Assembly (NCBI GenBank): GCA_013239625.1
Contig: MU053482.1
Span: forward strand, 4,601,775 to 4,665,774
Origin: Lama guanicoe
Taxonomy: Eukaryota
Direction of reading: 5' to 3'
Length of the DNA stretch: 64,000 nt
Within the stretch, counting starts at the first letter, position 1. The number at the start of each line of letters is the position of its first letter. The translations under genes were made by a program, and so were the position numbers. The notes beneath the pieces were generated by a model. It ran no database searches and was not told the origin of the DNA. It saw only the letters and a program-made list of their open reading frames with translations. Shown one piece after another: positions 52,982 to 64,000 of this stretch.

Positions 52982-54310
52982 CTCTGCTAGTGTAGCATTT
53001 TCGCTGGGGGATTTTTGGTTTTAAATGGGTCACTGCTACTGTGTAGTGCCATTACGGCCGGACGTGGTTAGGGGTAACCCAGTGACACCAGCACTGATTG
53101 GACTGCCCTTCACCAATCAGAAGCTCAGTGCCCAGTGGGCCACTGTTTTGACTTGGAATCATGTTGTGCACTATAGTCAAATGTACTGTAAAGTGAAAAG
53201 GGACGTGCAAAGAAATAAAAACAAAAAGCAAAACCTGCTACTAGAAAAGGGGGAAGGGGAATGAGTAAACTTTTCTTGCGGACAGATGTGCACATAGTCG
53301 CTAGTAAAACCAGCCTCAAACAGGATGCTCATAGCTTAATAATAAAAGCTGTGCAAAGGCCATGAATGAATGAATTTTCTGTTTATTTCACTGATACACA
53401 CATTACCTCATTGACAATTCAAAAGTAAATGCAACGTGTGTTGACTCTTGGAAAGCAGCAAAAACAGGAGCTGAAGAAAGAAATTCTTAGAACCAGCCAT
53501 AACCCAGTAAAGAATTGTGAAGTTGTGTTTTTATTTAGTTTCATTTTTTGCAGAGTATTAAAAACATGATTCTGGAACATCAAAACGTTTCCCTAGACCG
53601 CTCCTAGCAGGTGGCAGCTCAAATTGCTGCAGTATTGTAATTATAACTGATTGTACGTAAGTTATGGATGTAGAGAATACGTTTTACTCGTTCATTCAGC
53701 ATGTAAATAAAATTGATCCTATTGAGTTATCATAATTGCAGTCCAGCTATTTCCCATGGATATTCCTTTCACAGATCATTCATGACGTACATCTGTGTAC
53801 TCTGAAAAGTATAGCAGTCCGTGTAAATGTAATCCTCAGTGAGGTTCCTCAGTGCTGAGTCCCACACGATTGGATTTGCCCTTGTTAATGAGGTTTTTCT
53901 GTTCAGCGGCTTTGAGTTTTTTCCTTTTGTACATTTATTTTTGAAGATTTACTTCAAGTTTGAATCTTCTAGAACCCTTATAAGTCCCACCTTAATTTTT
54001 GGAGTTGGTATGTAGTTACATGTAGTTTAACTTTGGGGAAGCGTCTTAACATCGTGTTGAATAAACTTGCTAGTATGTCAGTTCATGGCACAGGCTAACG
54101 CAGTCAACATGATCTCATTGCAGAGTCTGTTAGGATCGGCAAGTTTTTGCTTTGCTAAATACACCTATTCAATGAACACAATTCTACGTAAATTTTGAAA
54201 ATACCATTTAATTTATAAAAATCAATAAAAAGGTTTTGGTAAAACTTTTTCATGCCAGATGCTGTTTACAACAATGAACATGCCAATAAAACATTTGTTC
54301 ATTCTGTTGT
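52982..54310 (+). other. USP47: USP47 3' UTR (proximal part; true end uncertain, may extend further)
   Basis: Follows the stop codon, no obvious repeats; AATAAA at 53214, 53341, 53706, 54060, 54224 and 54285. Confidence 0.7.
54285..54290 (+). terminator. Candidate polyadenylation signal of USP47
   Basis: AATAAA followed ~15-30 nt later by GU/U-rich tctgttgtgttacttt. Confidence 0.6.
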
Positions 54311-57300
54311 GTTACTTTAGTCATTAAACTTTTGTGGATGAGAGCCTGGGTTCAGAAGAGATCTGTTTTCTTTAATACAACATTTTGCAACGTGTGTTGA
54401 ATATCTCATTTCTATGATTATGTTTACAGTAAAATTCTCATGAGAGAGATGAAAAGATGTTAGTACTTAACCATTGGAGGATCCTGTCAGTATTTTAAAA
54501 TCAAGTTTTGACTCGTTTTTTCTTTTAAGAAAGAATTAGAAAATATCATTAGCAAATGTGGCTGCAGTGTGAATGTAGTGACTGAGATTTCATAGTATCT
54601 TAGAAGTCTACAAGTTTTCTAAGGTGTTTTCTGGCTATTTTTTATTCCGTGTAAACTGTGTAGCATTCTGCTAAATTTGAGGAAGTACTGTTCTGAGTTA
54701 GCATTAGTGAAACTGGTGGTGGTCTCAGAGAACTTGAAGCATTTGTGATGAGTTGTCTTTCAGATCACTTAGATTTTCTGGTGTAACATGGTAGCTCTTT
54801 GGTTCTGATACAGGCCTGCTCAGCTTGGGATGTAGGGGTTAGTAAGTGCGGTTTCTGCTTTCTAAGACGGACTCTGTGGAGCAGAGGAGGCCGATTTGTA
54901 AACAAAACGGGCTTTGAGCCTTGTTTGGTTTGGTGTTCCTATAATAGCAAATGGTAGAATCCTCATACCTGCTCCTCGTTCTGTGCCTTCTGCCCTGTTT
55001 TGTTGTTCATGTATGCTGCTTCTAATTGCAGGCATATTATGAATACCAAGAGTAAAGAAAGTATATATTTCATTATAGAAAAGAAAAAGTTAAAGTTTCT
55101 TGCTTTTCAGTGTCTAGAGAAAACACAACATTGAACTTTAATAATTTCAGTAAATGGGTGTTGAACTTCTCAAAGTAGCTTTGTGGCAGTGGGAATGGTG
55201 ATTTGCAGAAAGGAGATTAATGTGCCAGCCTTCCCCAGATTCAGAGAGTCAAGTGAGCACCTCTAAGCCGAGAGGCAGGGCACTAACTGTGGATCAAGCA
55301 CCCCAACCCCAGGGGCACTGGGACCTGGTGATCACTCATCTGCTGAATCTTTTGAGGCTGAGGCAGGCCATGCTCAATTGTGACCCTGCTCCCTTTGGGT
55401 CATGCCAAGATTTTGAAGAGTTTTTACTGTGGGGCAGATGAGTTTGTGTCACAGGCGTGCCCCGAGAACCAAGTACCTACATTTCTGAGGCAGGTGCAAA
55501 AGGTCAGGGGTGCATGCATTCTGGCCAGAGAAGCAAGAGCTCCGGTTTCAGGACCATACCTTATTTGTTTAGCTGGTCTGTACAGTGTTTGTTTGGCTGA
55601 TCTGTACAGGTTTGCTAGAGGAACATCTGTTTTTCAAACTAAGCAGTGTAAGTAAGGAATAGTAGCCATGAGTAGATAAAAATAGTGAGAGAAGGAGCCC
55701 TACACGACTACAGTGCTTGGTGATCTCTTTTGTAGTGGAATGGAAAGTACTTTAAAATTCTGAGGAAACGTGGGTGAGCTGTGCCACAGCTAGAAAACAG
55801 TCAAGCTACTGCTTGCCAGGCTGCACTGTTAGGAATGGTATCTAGGCTGAGAGAGGAGAGAGCTGCCCCAACATGGCCCCAAGATGAGGCATGCACAGCA
55901 TCAGAGTGCTGCAGCGTGATCACTAAATCTGGAAGTGGCCTGTGAGTGTATGGAACACACAGAACCTTTCATTCTGGTTCACTTGCTAATATCTCCTTTT
56001 CAACTGGCTACTGTAGTTCTCCTTGTGAATTTTGTCCCTTTGTTTAGCAACAAGATGCTAACCAACTCTTGCACTTATGACTTGCAAATTGTAGTCAAGA
56101 ATATATGGAAGAGACCATGTGAATTAGCAAGTTTTTGCTTGCTAAATGAAAGTATTCCATTAAACAACTATGTGTACTTTTTGCAAAACAGAAACAATAT
56201 TTTGGTCACTAGCAGTCAGAAGCTTTATAAGGCCACAAGTCTTTAAGTCAAATGCAAAATTGTATGTGGGTATGGTTATCTAGAGGGCTAGTAAATTTTT
56301 TTTTTTTAATCAGGTTTGCAAAGGGGTTCGTGGCCCAAATAAAGCTTGTAGCTACCTAGGCTTAGTGTTCAAGATGCTCCTTCAATGTCGTTTATGTGGG
56401 GAAAAGGGCACTATGATACTCTGATTAGATGTAGTGTTAATTTTCAAAAATTGGCTTTCAGAAACAAGAACACTTGACAAAATTGAGAGTGCATTAAATC
56501 ATGTGTGACCATTTAGAGAAGAATGAAACAATCACTAGGGGCCAAGCGAGGAGGGCAAAAAAGCACTGGGGAGGGATGTTCTGCCCCTTCCCCGAGATAG
56601 CACCACCACCTTCCTCCCGTCACCTGCTAACCTGCCCAGGAGAAGCTGATCTTCTGATTGGTCAGTCTGGGAGTTTACCAGGCTGGGGAATTATTGGTGA
56701 ACCCAATAGTCTTGCTTAAACGTACGTTCCATGCTCCCCTCCTGCTTTCTTTCCTCCCAGCCTGCCCCTTCCTCTGGTATAGAGGGCACACTTAATGTTC
56801 AGCATTTTGCAGTGTTTAAAGTAACCCGTTTAAGAAGTATCACCTTGTTGAGATACAAATAGCAGTGGTTCTGTTTTTCTAGTAACTCTGCCAACTGTGT
56901 TTTGGCGAATGCAGTTTCCCACTGGAAGCAAACTCTCTTCAAGGTCTTGTGCAACCCTATAACTTTTAATTCACTTTGCATTATTCAAACAATCTGATCT
57001 TGTTAAAAGTTTTTCAGTCATTTGATTTCAGAGCTCTTCCCCCCACCACCCACAGTGCCTACTGGATGTGCTTGGAGAAGGTAGAAGGCTGTGGTCAGAG
57101 ATCTCCCCACTGGCTCTTTCTGCACCAGCTCTATGAATGATGGAAGAGGTAAGGAACTAGGGAAAAGAGCAGCTTCCTGCTGGGTGGTGCTGGTGAGGTT
57201 ACTGTCCCCCTTTGCCTGATCACCATTAACTCATAGAAGGTAAACACCCTACAGGTCCTAACAGCCAAGCACTCAACTCCTAACAGCATTGGTGGTCCCT

Positions 57301-58485
57301 TATAAAACTTGACTATCCTTTCCTAATTTCCTGCTGGTGAGAGACATTCCTGTGAAATGTGTACCACTTTATCCCAGGCTGCACTGGTCCCTGCCAAGTC
57401 TTCAGCCCTTAGTTTCCTGTTTCTTCCCTGCCCACACGTCTGGAGTTGTGGGTGCAATAGTAATCCATCTTCTTTGCCTCTGCCTTCCCCTGCCTCGCTA
57501 CTCCATCCAGTCATCTGTTCCTGATGCTCCTCCTGTATTAGTCCTGCAGCTTCTACACAGTCATCCCCTCTTTGAAATGTCAATAGCTCCCATACAAAGT
57601 TTATGAGTATTTCTCTAGAAGTTCCTCCTGTAGGTTTTAGCCAAAGGAAAAAGTCTAGTTTCCCCCCTCCCCCCTTTAGAGTAAGTCTAATTCCCACCCC
57701 ACTCCACCCCCCAGGAAAATAACCTGTCTTCCAAACCCTGACCTCCCAAAAGGGGACTTCTTACCACCTCTATTTGTATAGGGCAATTGAGCTGCTGCTG
57801 CTGCAGGCCCACCTCTTAGCAAGCCCTGCATGGAGGTGCCCAGCTGCACCGCTGCTGGCTCTCTGGCCTTAGGAACCCAGTCTGGCTACTAAAACAATCT
57901 CTAATGGAGTTGCACCTCCTGACTACCTGAGGGGGACGCACAGCCCACAGGACTACTGACTGCCCTTGGTCCCACTCTTCCCCCCACCGCAGCCGCCCCC
58001 TGGCTTCCCTCCAGCGCTCATCCTTCTGCCTGCACCCCTTTCTCCTGACTGTGGCAAAAGCCCAAAGAACCAGAGGCTAGAAAAGCCAGACCCTGGGAGG
58101 GGTAACAAGAGGGAGCAGGAACAGAACAGGAAGAGGGGACCCTGGGGGGAGTCGGCGGCAATTATTTTTGTCCCATCGCACTCCTCTTCCGGTTCAGTCT
58201 AAGGCTATGTGGGTGGACGGGACCGCCACTCATCTGTGCGGAAGGTGGGGCCCGGACTCTGAGCCAGCACCACACGCCCAAACACTTCATTTTCTAATCT
58301 TGCTTTCCCACTGAGGGTGAGAAAAGGGGTGGGTTAGGATTCATAAAGCTGCACTTTGTTCCCCTTTTGACTATTGTTTCTGGTTTCAAATTTATTGTGT
58401 TAATGGTTTATTTTAGAAGGAGTTCAGAAGTAATTGACAGCAGGACTACTTTCCTCAGCACCATCGAGGACTCGGACGTTTATCC

Positions 58486-58835
58486 TGTGGTAAGTAGTAC
58501 AGTGGCCCTTCGAAGATGCCCATGTCCTAAACCCCAGACCCTGTGACTATTTACCTTAAATGGCAAAAGCGACTGCAGATGTGATGGTTAAGGATTTTGA
58601 CGTGGGGCGCTTATTCTGGATCATCTATGAATCCTTAGAAGCGGAAAACTTCCCAGCTGCAGTGAGATGGCACCAAAAGACCCTGTTACTGCTAGCTTTG
58701 AAGATGAAGGGGGCATGAGCCAAGGAACGGGAGCAACCTCTAGAAGCTAGAAAGGACAAGGGTATGGTTTCTCCCCCAGAGCCTCCAAGAGGAAGAAGCC
58801 CTGCTGACAGCCTTGACCTTCATAGCATGACCCCA
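58486..58835 (+). mobile_element. MaLR LTR fragment (MLT1D-like)
   Basis: tgtgg...gtcctaaaccccagaccctgtga...gcagatgtgat...ctagaagctagaaagg...tctcccccagagcctcc. Confidence 0.75.
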
Positions 58836-59445
58836 GGGTGGGCTGCAGCGCCAATGTCACATCCGCAACACCTGTGCTCAAAGGCAGGCAGCCCGGGAAG
58901 GGGTGGAGGGTGGGGACATACTTTCCTGTATGCCTCTTTCTTTTGGTCACTCAGGTAAAAAAAAAATCTTTCCCAGAAGCTCTTTGGCAACCTTCCCCCT
59001 TACATTTCCTGGGCCAGAAGTGGGTCACATGGCCATCTCTAGCTCAGGGGGTGCTAGGAAAGCAAGTGTCCAGCTTTTCCAGCCTCTGTGATGGTGGGAG
59101 GACAGAGGAAGATGGCTGGGGTTAGCTGTGGCTTCCTTGGCAGGAACCCTGGGTTCCGGGAAGGGCAGGCAGGAAGATTGTAGTACCAAACCCATCTAAC
59201 CCTTACCACACTCCTAGAGTCGTGAGGCGAGGAGGCATACCAGCTACTCTATGTGTGAATTTCAGCCAAGAATTTTGCCAAGCCTCTCATGTTCTTCCAT
59301 TTTTGTGGCTATGATGAGAAAGTGGAGCAAAATAACATACCTGTATATAAGCTCCATGAAGAAGGGACCTCATTTTATCTCATGTACCACTGTCTCCCTG
59401 GCACCTAATATAGGGCCTGACATATGGTAGGTACTAATAAAAAAA

Positions 59446-59532
59446 TTTTTTTAATGGAGATACTGGGGATTGAACCCAGGACCTTGTGCATGCTAAGCAT
59501 GCACTCTACCAATGAGTTATTTTCTTCCCCCC
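59446..59532 (-). mobile_element. tRNA-derived SINE (short form)
   Basis: ggagatactggggattgaacccaggaccttgtgcatgctaagcatgcactctacc. Confidence 0.85.
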
Positions 59533-60414
59533 TTAATACATTTTTTTAAATAATTTTTAGCCTTTTCTCCAAATACTTGCTCAAATTTAACTGGCCTTTC
59601 CAGCCACTGTGAATTACTTGCAATTTCCCCTAGAACCATCCCTCCCTGCCCCTCCCTCCGCCTGTGACCCAGAATACCCTTTCCTAGTCCTTCTGGTCCT
59701 CCTGATAAACTATCAAGCATCTTCACAAGCCAGTTCCCATGCCAGCTCTCCCAGGCCGCATGCTCCTTTGAGGCTCCCATAACACTCTGTTCAGATATTG
59801 GGGTGACTCCTTTCTTTCTGTGCTGCGTTTAGTGTATCTCCCTCACTCGGCTGCAGAGACCCTAACTGGATCCACTTGGCGCCCCCGGCCCTGCCCCACA
59901 CGTAGCACGGCACCTGGTCCTGAGCAGGCTCTTATCAAGCATCTGTTGAGTAATAAGGCTGCAGGGTGGTCCTGATGGTTTTTGATACTGAAAAGAGAAC
60001 AGCTCTATATTCGGTCTTTATCATTTTTTTTTTATATCCAGGGCATACTGTACTAGATACTGTTTTTTGCTTCTAGCTCTATTAATCTTTTTGAGTCTCC
60101 ATTTCTTCATCAGTGAAAATACTCATAGAGTCAATGCAGACTGAGTTAACACGGGCAGACTGCCTGACCTGGTACCTATCACCTTCATGCATGGCAGCTT
60201 TACTGTTAAGAGTACGGCCCCTCAAGATCTTACAGTTTGGCCCAGAACTGCATTTGCTGACAGTCTTATTGACTAATTACCACCCAAAAAATGGTTAACA
60301 TTTCTAAAACATTTTGATGCTAAAAGAGGTATGCTTCAGTTGTCTGGAAAATTCGCTTTATGGAAGAGGTTTTCTCTTTTGGACAATGCCAGTTATTTCT
60401 ATTTTACTTTCTCT

Positions 60415-61864
60415 GGCTGACAGGGCTTTATATTTATTCAAAGTCAAAAGGGAAAAAGAAGTCCAAGAACTACAAAAGAGCAGGTTAAGTGATTTATGCT
60501 TGATTTCTAAATGCAACGTATGTGTCTATACATAATTTAAAACTCAAAGAAAGCATGCTTATACAATTGTGTGTGACTTTAACATTTAATAACTCTGGAT
60601 GAATACATGATGGAAACACTCCATGGCACCTGAAAATAACATTTATGGAACAGCATACAATTCAGTGCTCTCAGCTTGGGTATTACAACCGTATTTCACA
60701 GAGCCTTACTTGGTTTGATTTTCTCCATGGAGTTGATAATGGTCTTCAGTTGCTGGTAAGTGATTTTGCAAATTTCATTTATACTCCTGGACCTACAATT
60801 ACCTAAGTTCTATTTCTGGCAAGTTAACGTACACATCATGCTCCAGTCAAGTACCTTCAAAGTTACCGATAAAGCACTGCCACAGGAGAGTGTCCCCACT
60901 AGAATGATGGCCACCCTGCGCACTGGGGAGAACACTGTATTGCTAACAGAAGTTTAATCTTCCAGGGGTGTGTGAACTACTTTGACCTTAGTTCCAGATA
61001 TGCCTCAAAAAAAGAAAAATCTCAGCCTTCCTCCTCATAGCAGGTACTTTCAGGTACTTTTGGTGGCACCAAGGCTGGTGGGGAGCAGTGGGGAGAGCAC
61101 TGGGCTTGGAATCACACCTGGTGAAATCCTGCTCTGGTCTTCACTTGCTGTGTGCCTCGGGCAAGCAACTTGACATCTCTGAGCCTCCAACGTCCTGACA
61201 GATGGAGAGACTTATTCCCCCCTCCACCAGGCTGTGGTAAGAGGACGTAAAGCTGCCACCCTGGCACGGAGGTAGGAGCTGAGTAACACTGCTGAAAGGA
61301 TGAATGCAGGCGACGGGCGGTGAGCAGGACATTTCCCCAGCAGCCGCTGAGGGCAGCGCCCGCCTGTACCCACGGAGGGGCCGGCACAAAAAATTCATCT
61401 GTTGCATTTTTGCAGGTTTATGTTTGCAAAGCAGGGCATTCTTCCCCACGTGTTTGAGTCAGCATTTCCCCAAACCCATCCTGGGGGAAATTCTGCATCC
61501 TTTTCCATGCCCTCCCCTCCAAGGATTCTCGAGGTGAGCGATGTTGAACAAAATGAAACGTGCCATCTGCCAACTAGCAGAGGCAAAGCAGCCAGTAATT
61601 TGGACCAGTTTAGCAGCCCTGTTCTGCCTTCAGCCTCCCACACTGCGGTCTTCCCCAGGCACCAGAACCGTGATGCAAGGTGTACAGGCTAGGGGTGGGG
61701 GGTGGCAGGACAAGGGTGCAGTCCCTCATGGTGTTTCAAGCCAGAGGGAAATGTACTGGAAAGAGGCTGTGGAAAGAAGCCTGGTGAGCCCATACCTCGG
61801 GACACAGCTGGGGAAATAAATTAGCTACTTCTATTGCACGTCTACCCACAGGACAGGCCTGCAT
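60415..61864 (-). other. DKK3: DKK3 3' UTR (approximate end)
   Basis: Downstream of TAG on the minus strand, ending near a minus-strand AATAAA (plus-strand TTTATT 60433-60438). Confidence 0.6.
60433..60438 (-). terminator. Candidate polyadenylation signal of DKK3
   Basis: Minus-strand AATAAA about 1.4 kb past the stop codon. Confidence 0.55.
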
Positions 61865-62084
61865 CTAAATCTCCTCTCCCTCCAGCAGCTCAGAGGCAGC
61901 CCCAGGCTCCCCAAGAGCCATTTCCACGGACAGGCTCCTCTCCAGGTTCTCCAGCTCCTGGCGCACCTCCTCCAGGAAGTCACCATCTGTGTACTCGTCA
62001 GGGGCCCCTCTGGGCACCAGGCTCTCTCCGTCTTCGTCACGGCCCCCGACGAAGGTGGGCTTACACACGTACACCAGGCTGTGG
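61865..62084 (-). CDS. DKK3: DKK3 terminal coding exon (CDS part)
   Basis: Minus strand ccctccacag|[82 protein letters not shown]; the EEVRQELE motif and GEEI terminus are typical of DKK3. Confidence 0.95.
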
Positions 62085-62916
62085 CTGTGGAGGGACAGGG
62101 CTGCGGCTCAGCCGAGGCCCATGTCTCCCCAGGGAGGCAAGGCCCAGGCTCGAAGCTAAGGCACGGCCTCTGCCACTGTCCCCCATCTCACTTTCACAGA
62201 ACCTCCTGACATCTCAAGAGTCCTCTCCAAACAGATGCTCAGGAGAATGTGTTCAAAGGGCAGCCCCCTCACATCTAGCTGCAGGGCTGTCCCCCTGTGT
62301 CTGGGCCTCTCAGCAGCCCTGAGCACTCTGGGGTCTGACAGTGCCCTGCCCACCTAGGCCTCCAGCCTGGAGCAGCCCCTAGGGGAGCTTGGGCCCCAGG
62401 CCCAGGGTTCTGTCCAGCCACCCAGCCACCCTGGATTCTGCTGGCAGAGAGGGCGGAGTAGCGGCTGCTGAGGGATCCAGGGACACTTGCGCAGAGAAAT
62501 GCGCCTCGGCCCAGGCCTGGCGCATCAGTGTCTCTCTGCAGCCTCTGCTCCATTGGCTCTGCCCTCCCCTTGGGGGCCCCTCTGCTGGCTTCCCTCCTAC
62601 CTCTCTGAAGGCACCGGCTGCCGCCTTCTCTGCTGCTCTCTCATTGTGATGGGCTTGGGCTCCTTCCACACCCAATCTTTGTCAAGTTCATCTACTCAGG
62701 AGGCTTCAACCTGCTTCTAGATGGACCCAAATCCATGCCCCTGGCCACACCTCCCGAGCCTCAGTCCTACAGTCCCTCAATCTGGAAGACCCAAGGACAC
62801 CTCAAACTATATCTATCTTAAATCCACATCTCCCCACCGCTCCTGCTCCTGGCTCCCCACTGGGCAGCGCCTCATCTGCTCTCGGCCCCCAGGAGGAAGG
62901 ACAGGTGAGACCTCAC

Positions 62917-63073
62917 CTGTGGGGCTGGCAGAGGAGGCCACTGGCACATGGGCATCGGTCCAAAGCCCCATCGGGCTCCAGCTCCCAGGTGATGAGGTCC
63001 AGAAGCCGGCTGGCAGGGTCATGGCAGAGCTCACCCTCCACGGGGAGGGGTGTGCACACAGGAAACAACAGAC
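62917..63073 (-). CDS. DKK3: DKK3 penultimate coding exon (C-terminal Cys-rich domain)
   Basis: Minus strand cttctag|GT CTG TTG; (G)[51 protein letters not shown]; donor AG|gtgagg; 157 nt. Confidence 0.95.
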
Positions 63074-64000
63074 CTAGAAGCAGCAAGAGTCACCCACTGT
63101 GCGCCCAGCACCAGGCAAGCAGGCACCAGGGAGGGAGCAGAGAAATGGGGTGCAGCCTCCCACCTTCCCCCCTGAACCCCAACGTGGAGGTTAGAGTTGA
63201 AGAGGTGGAGTGACGGGAAATAAGAATGGCAGCATGGGCTCAGGAAGGCATGAGCTGGGAGAGTAGGAGGACTGCCTGGAAGAGGTGGGCTTGTGCTGGG
63301 TTTTGAGGCCAGCAATCTGGAGAGATTAAGAATGGAGAAAGGTGTTCAAGGTTGAGCACAGAACCACTAAGGCCTGGGGTTGGGCTAGTGAGAAAGGTTG
63401 GGGGTTGGGGAGGGGGCAGTAAGATTCCCAAATAGGCCGAGGAGTAGAGAGAAAAGGACTGGCCGAGGCCTTGGAAGATGGACTGAGGAGTCTAACTGAA
63501 GTAACAGGACAGGAGCAACTGCAGCTCCCAGAGGAATGATACCCAGAGAGCCATCTCCTTGAGGAAGACTGCTGGGGCAGCAGGGACCAGGTGGACTAGG
63601 GGCCGCGAGAGGAGGCTAAGGGAGGGTTTCAAAAACATTTGTAGATAGGGAGCATGTCTGAGCCGACCTCACCTGGGAGGGGCAGTAGAAGGGAGCCATT
63701 CACAGGAAAGTGGACCTGGGCCAGGTGCTACCATGAGGCCTGGAGAATGAGGGGAGTGGGGTGGGGAGGGGTGTTCCTCTCTCCTTGGGCTCATGCCTCC
63801 TGAAGGAATTTAATTTCTAGGCATCACAGGGAAGGAAAAAAGAAAAAGATGGTCTTCCACCCCAGGCAGAGGCTGTGGGGCTGGGACATACCCATGAGCA
63901 CTGGGGGACTCTGCCTAGGAAAAGGTGTGGTTGTCATGGACAGGGCCCCGGGAGGCCCAGTGGTGGAGCCTGGAATAGGGCTTGCCCTGCGCCCAGTGGG

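Noticed and set aside
52979..52990. Stop-codon readthrough (TGA-C context)
   Set aside because: The context is TGA CTC, not TGA CTAG, and an in-frame TAG follows two codons later.
61834..62322. 162-aa Pro-rich ORF and many overlapping ORFs at 61-63.4 kb
   Set aside because: Antisense or off-frame to DKK3 in GC-rich, stop-poor DNA; no recognisable domains.
1..64000. CRISPR array, operon or prokaryote-type defence system; intronic snoRNA or miRNA gene
   Set aside because: Spliced mammalian locus with no repeat-spacer array; I could not recognise a C/D, H/ACA or pre-miRNA structure by eye (an Infernal/Rfam scan would be decisive).

Overview
Mammalian genomic DNA, most likely from a camelid, judging by six copies of a tRNA-derived SINE resembling Vic-1. 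The + strand carries the last 23 coding exons of the deubiquitinase gene USP47 (2379-52981). All introns are GT-AG and phase-consistent, and the spliced frame gives 1158 uninterrupted residues to a TGA at 52979-52981, followed by a 3' UTR with several AATAAA signals. The - strand carries the last two coding exons and 3' UTR of DKK3, convergent with USP47. The introns contain old L1/L2/MIR/MaLR/hAT relics, the SINEs and one young L1 with an open ORF2 C-terminus. I see no convincing new multi-gene system. The best leads are small-scale: (1) a consensus donor competing with a weak one, adding a stop-containing extension in the USP47 catalytic domain; (2) an unidentified 35-nt polyadenylated insert with a perfect 16-bp target-site duplication (TSD); (3) a ~120-bp inverted templated duplication that also creates an AG|GT junction; (4) a hairpin over the last DKK3 donor; (5) poly(A)-only and ultra-truncated L1 insertions. 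Gene identities, repeat family names and human comparisons are from recall, not database searches, and old-repeat boundaries are approximate.
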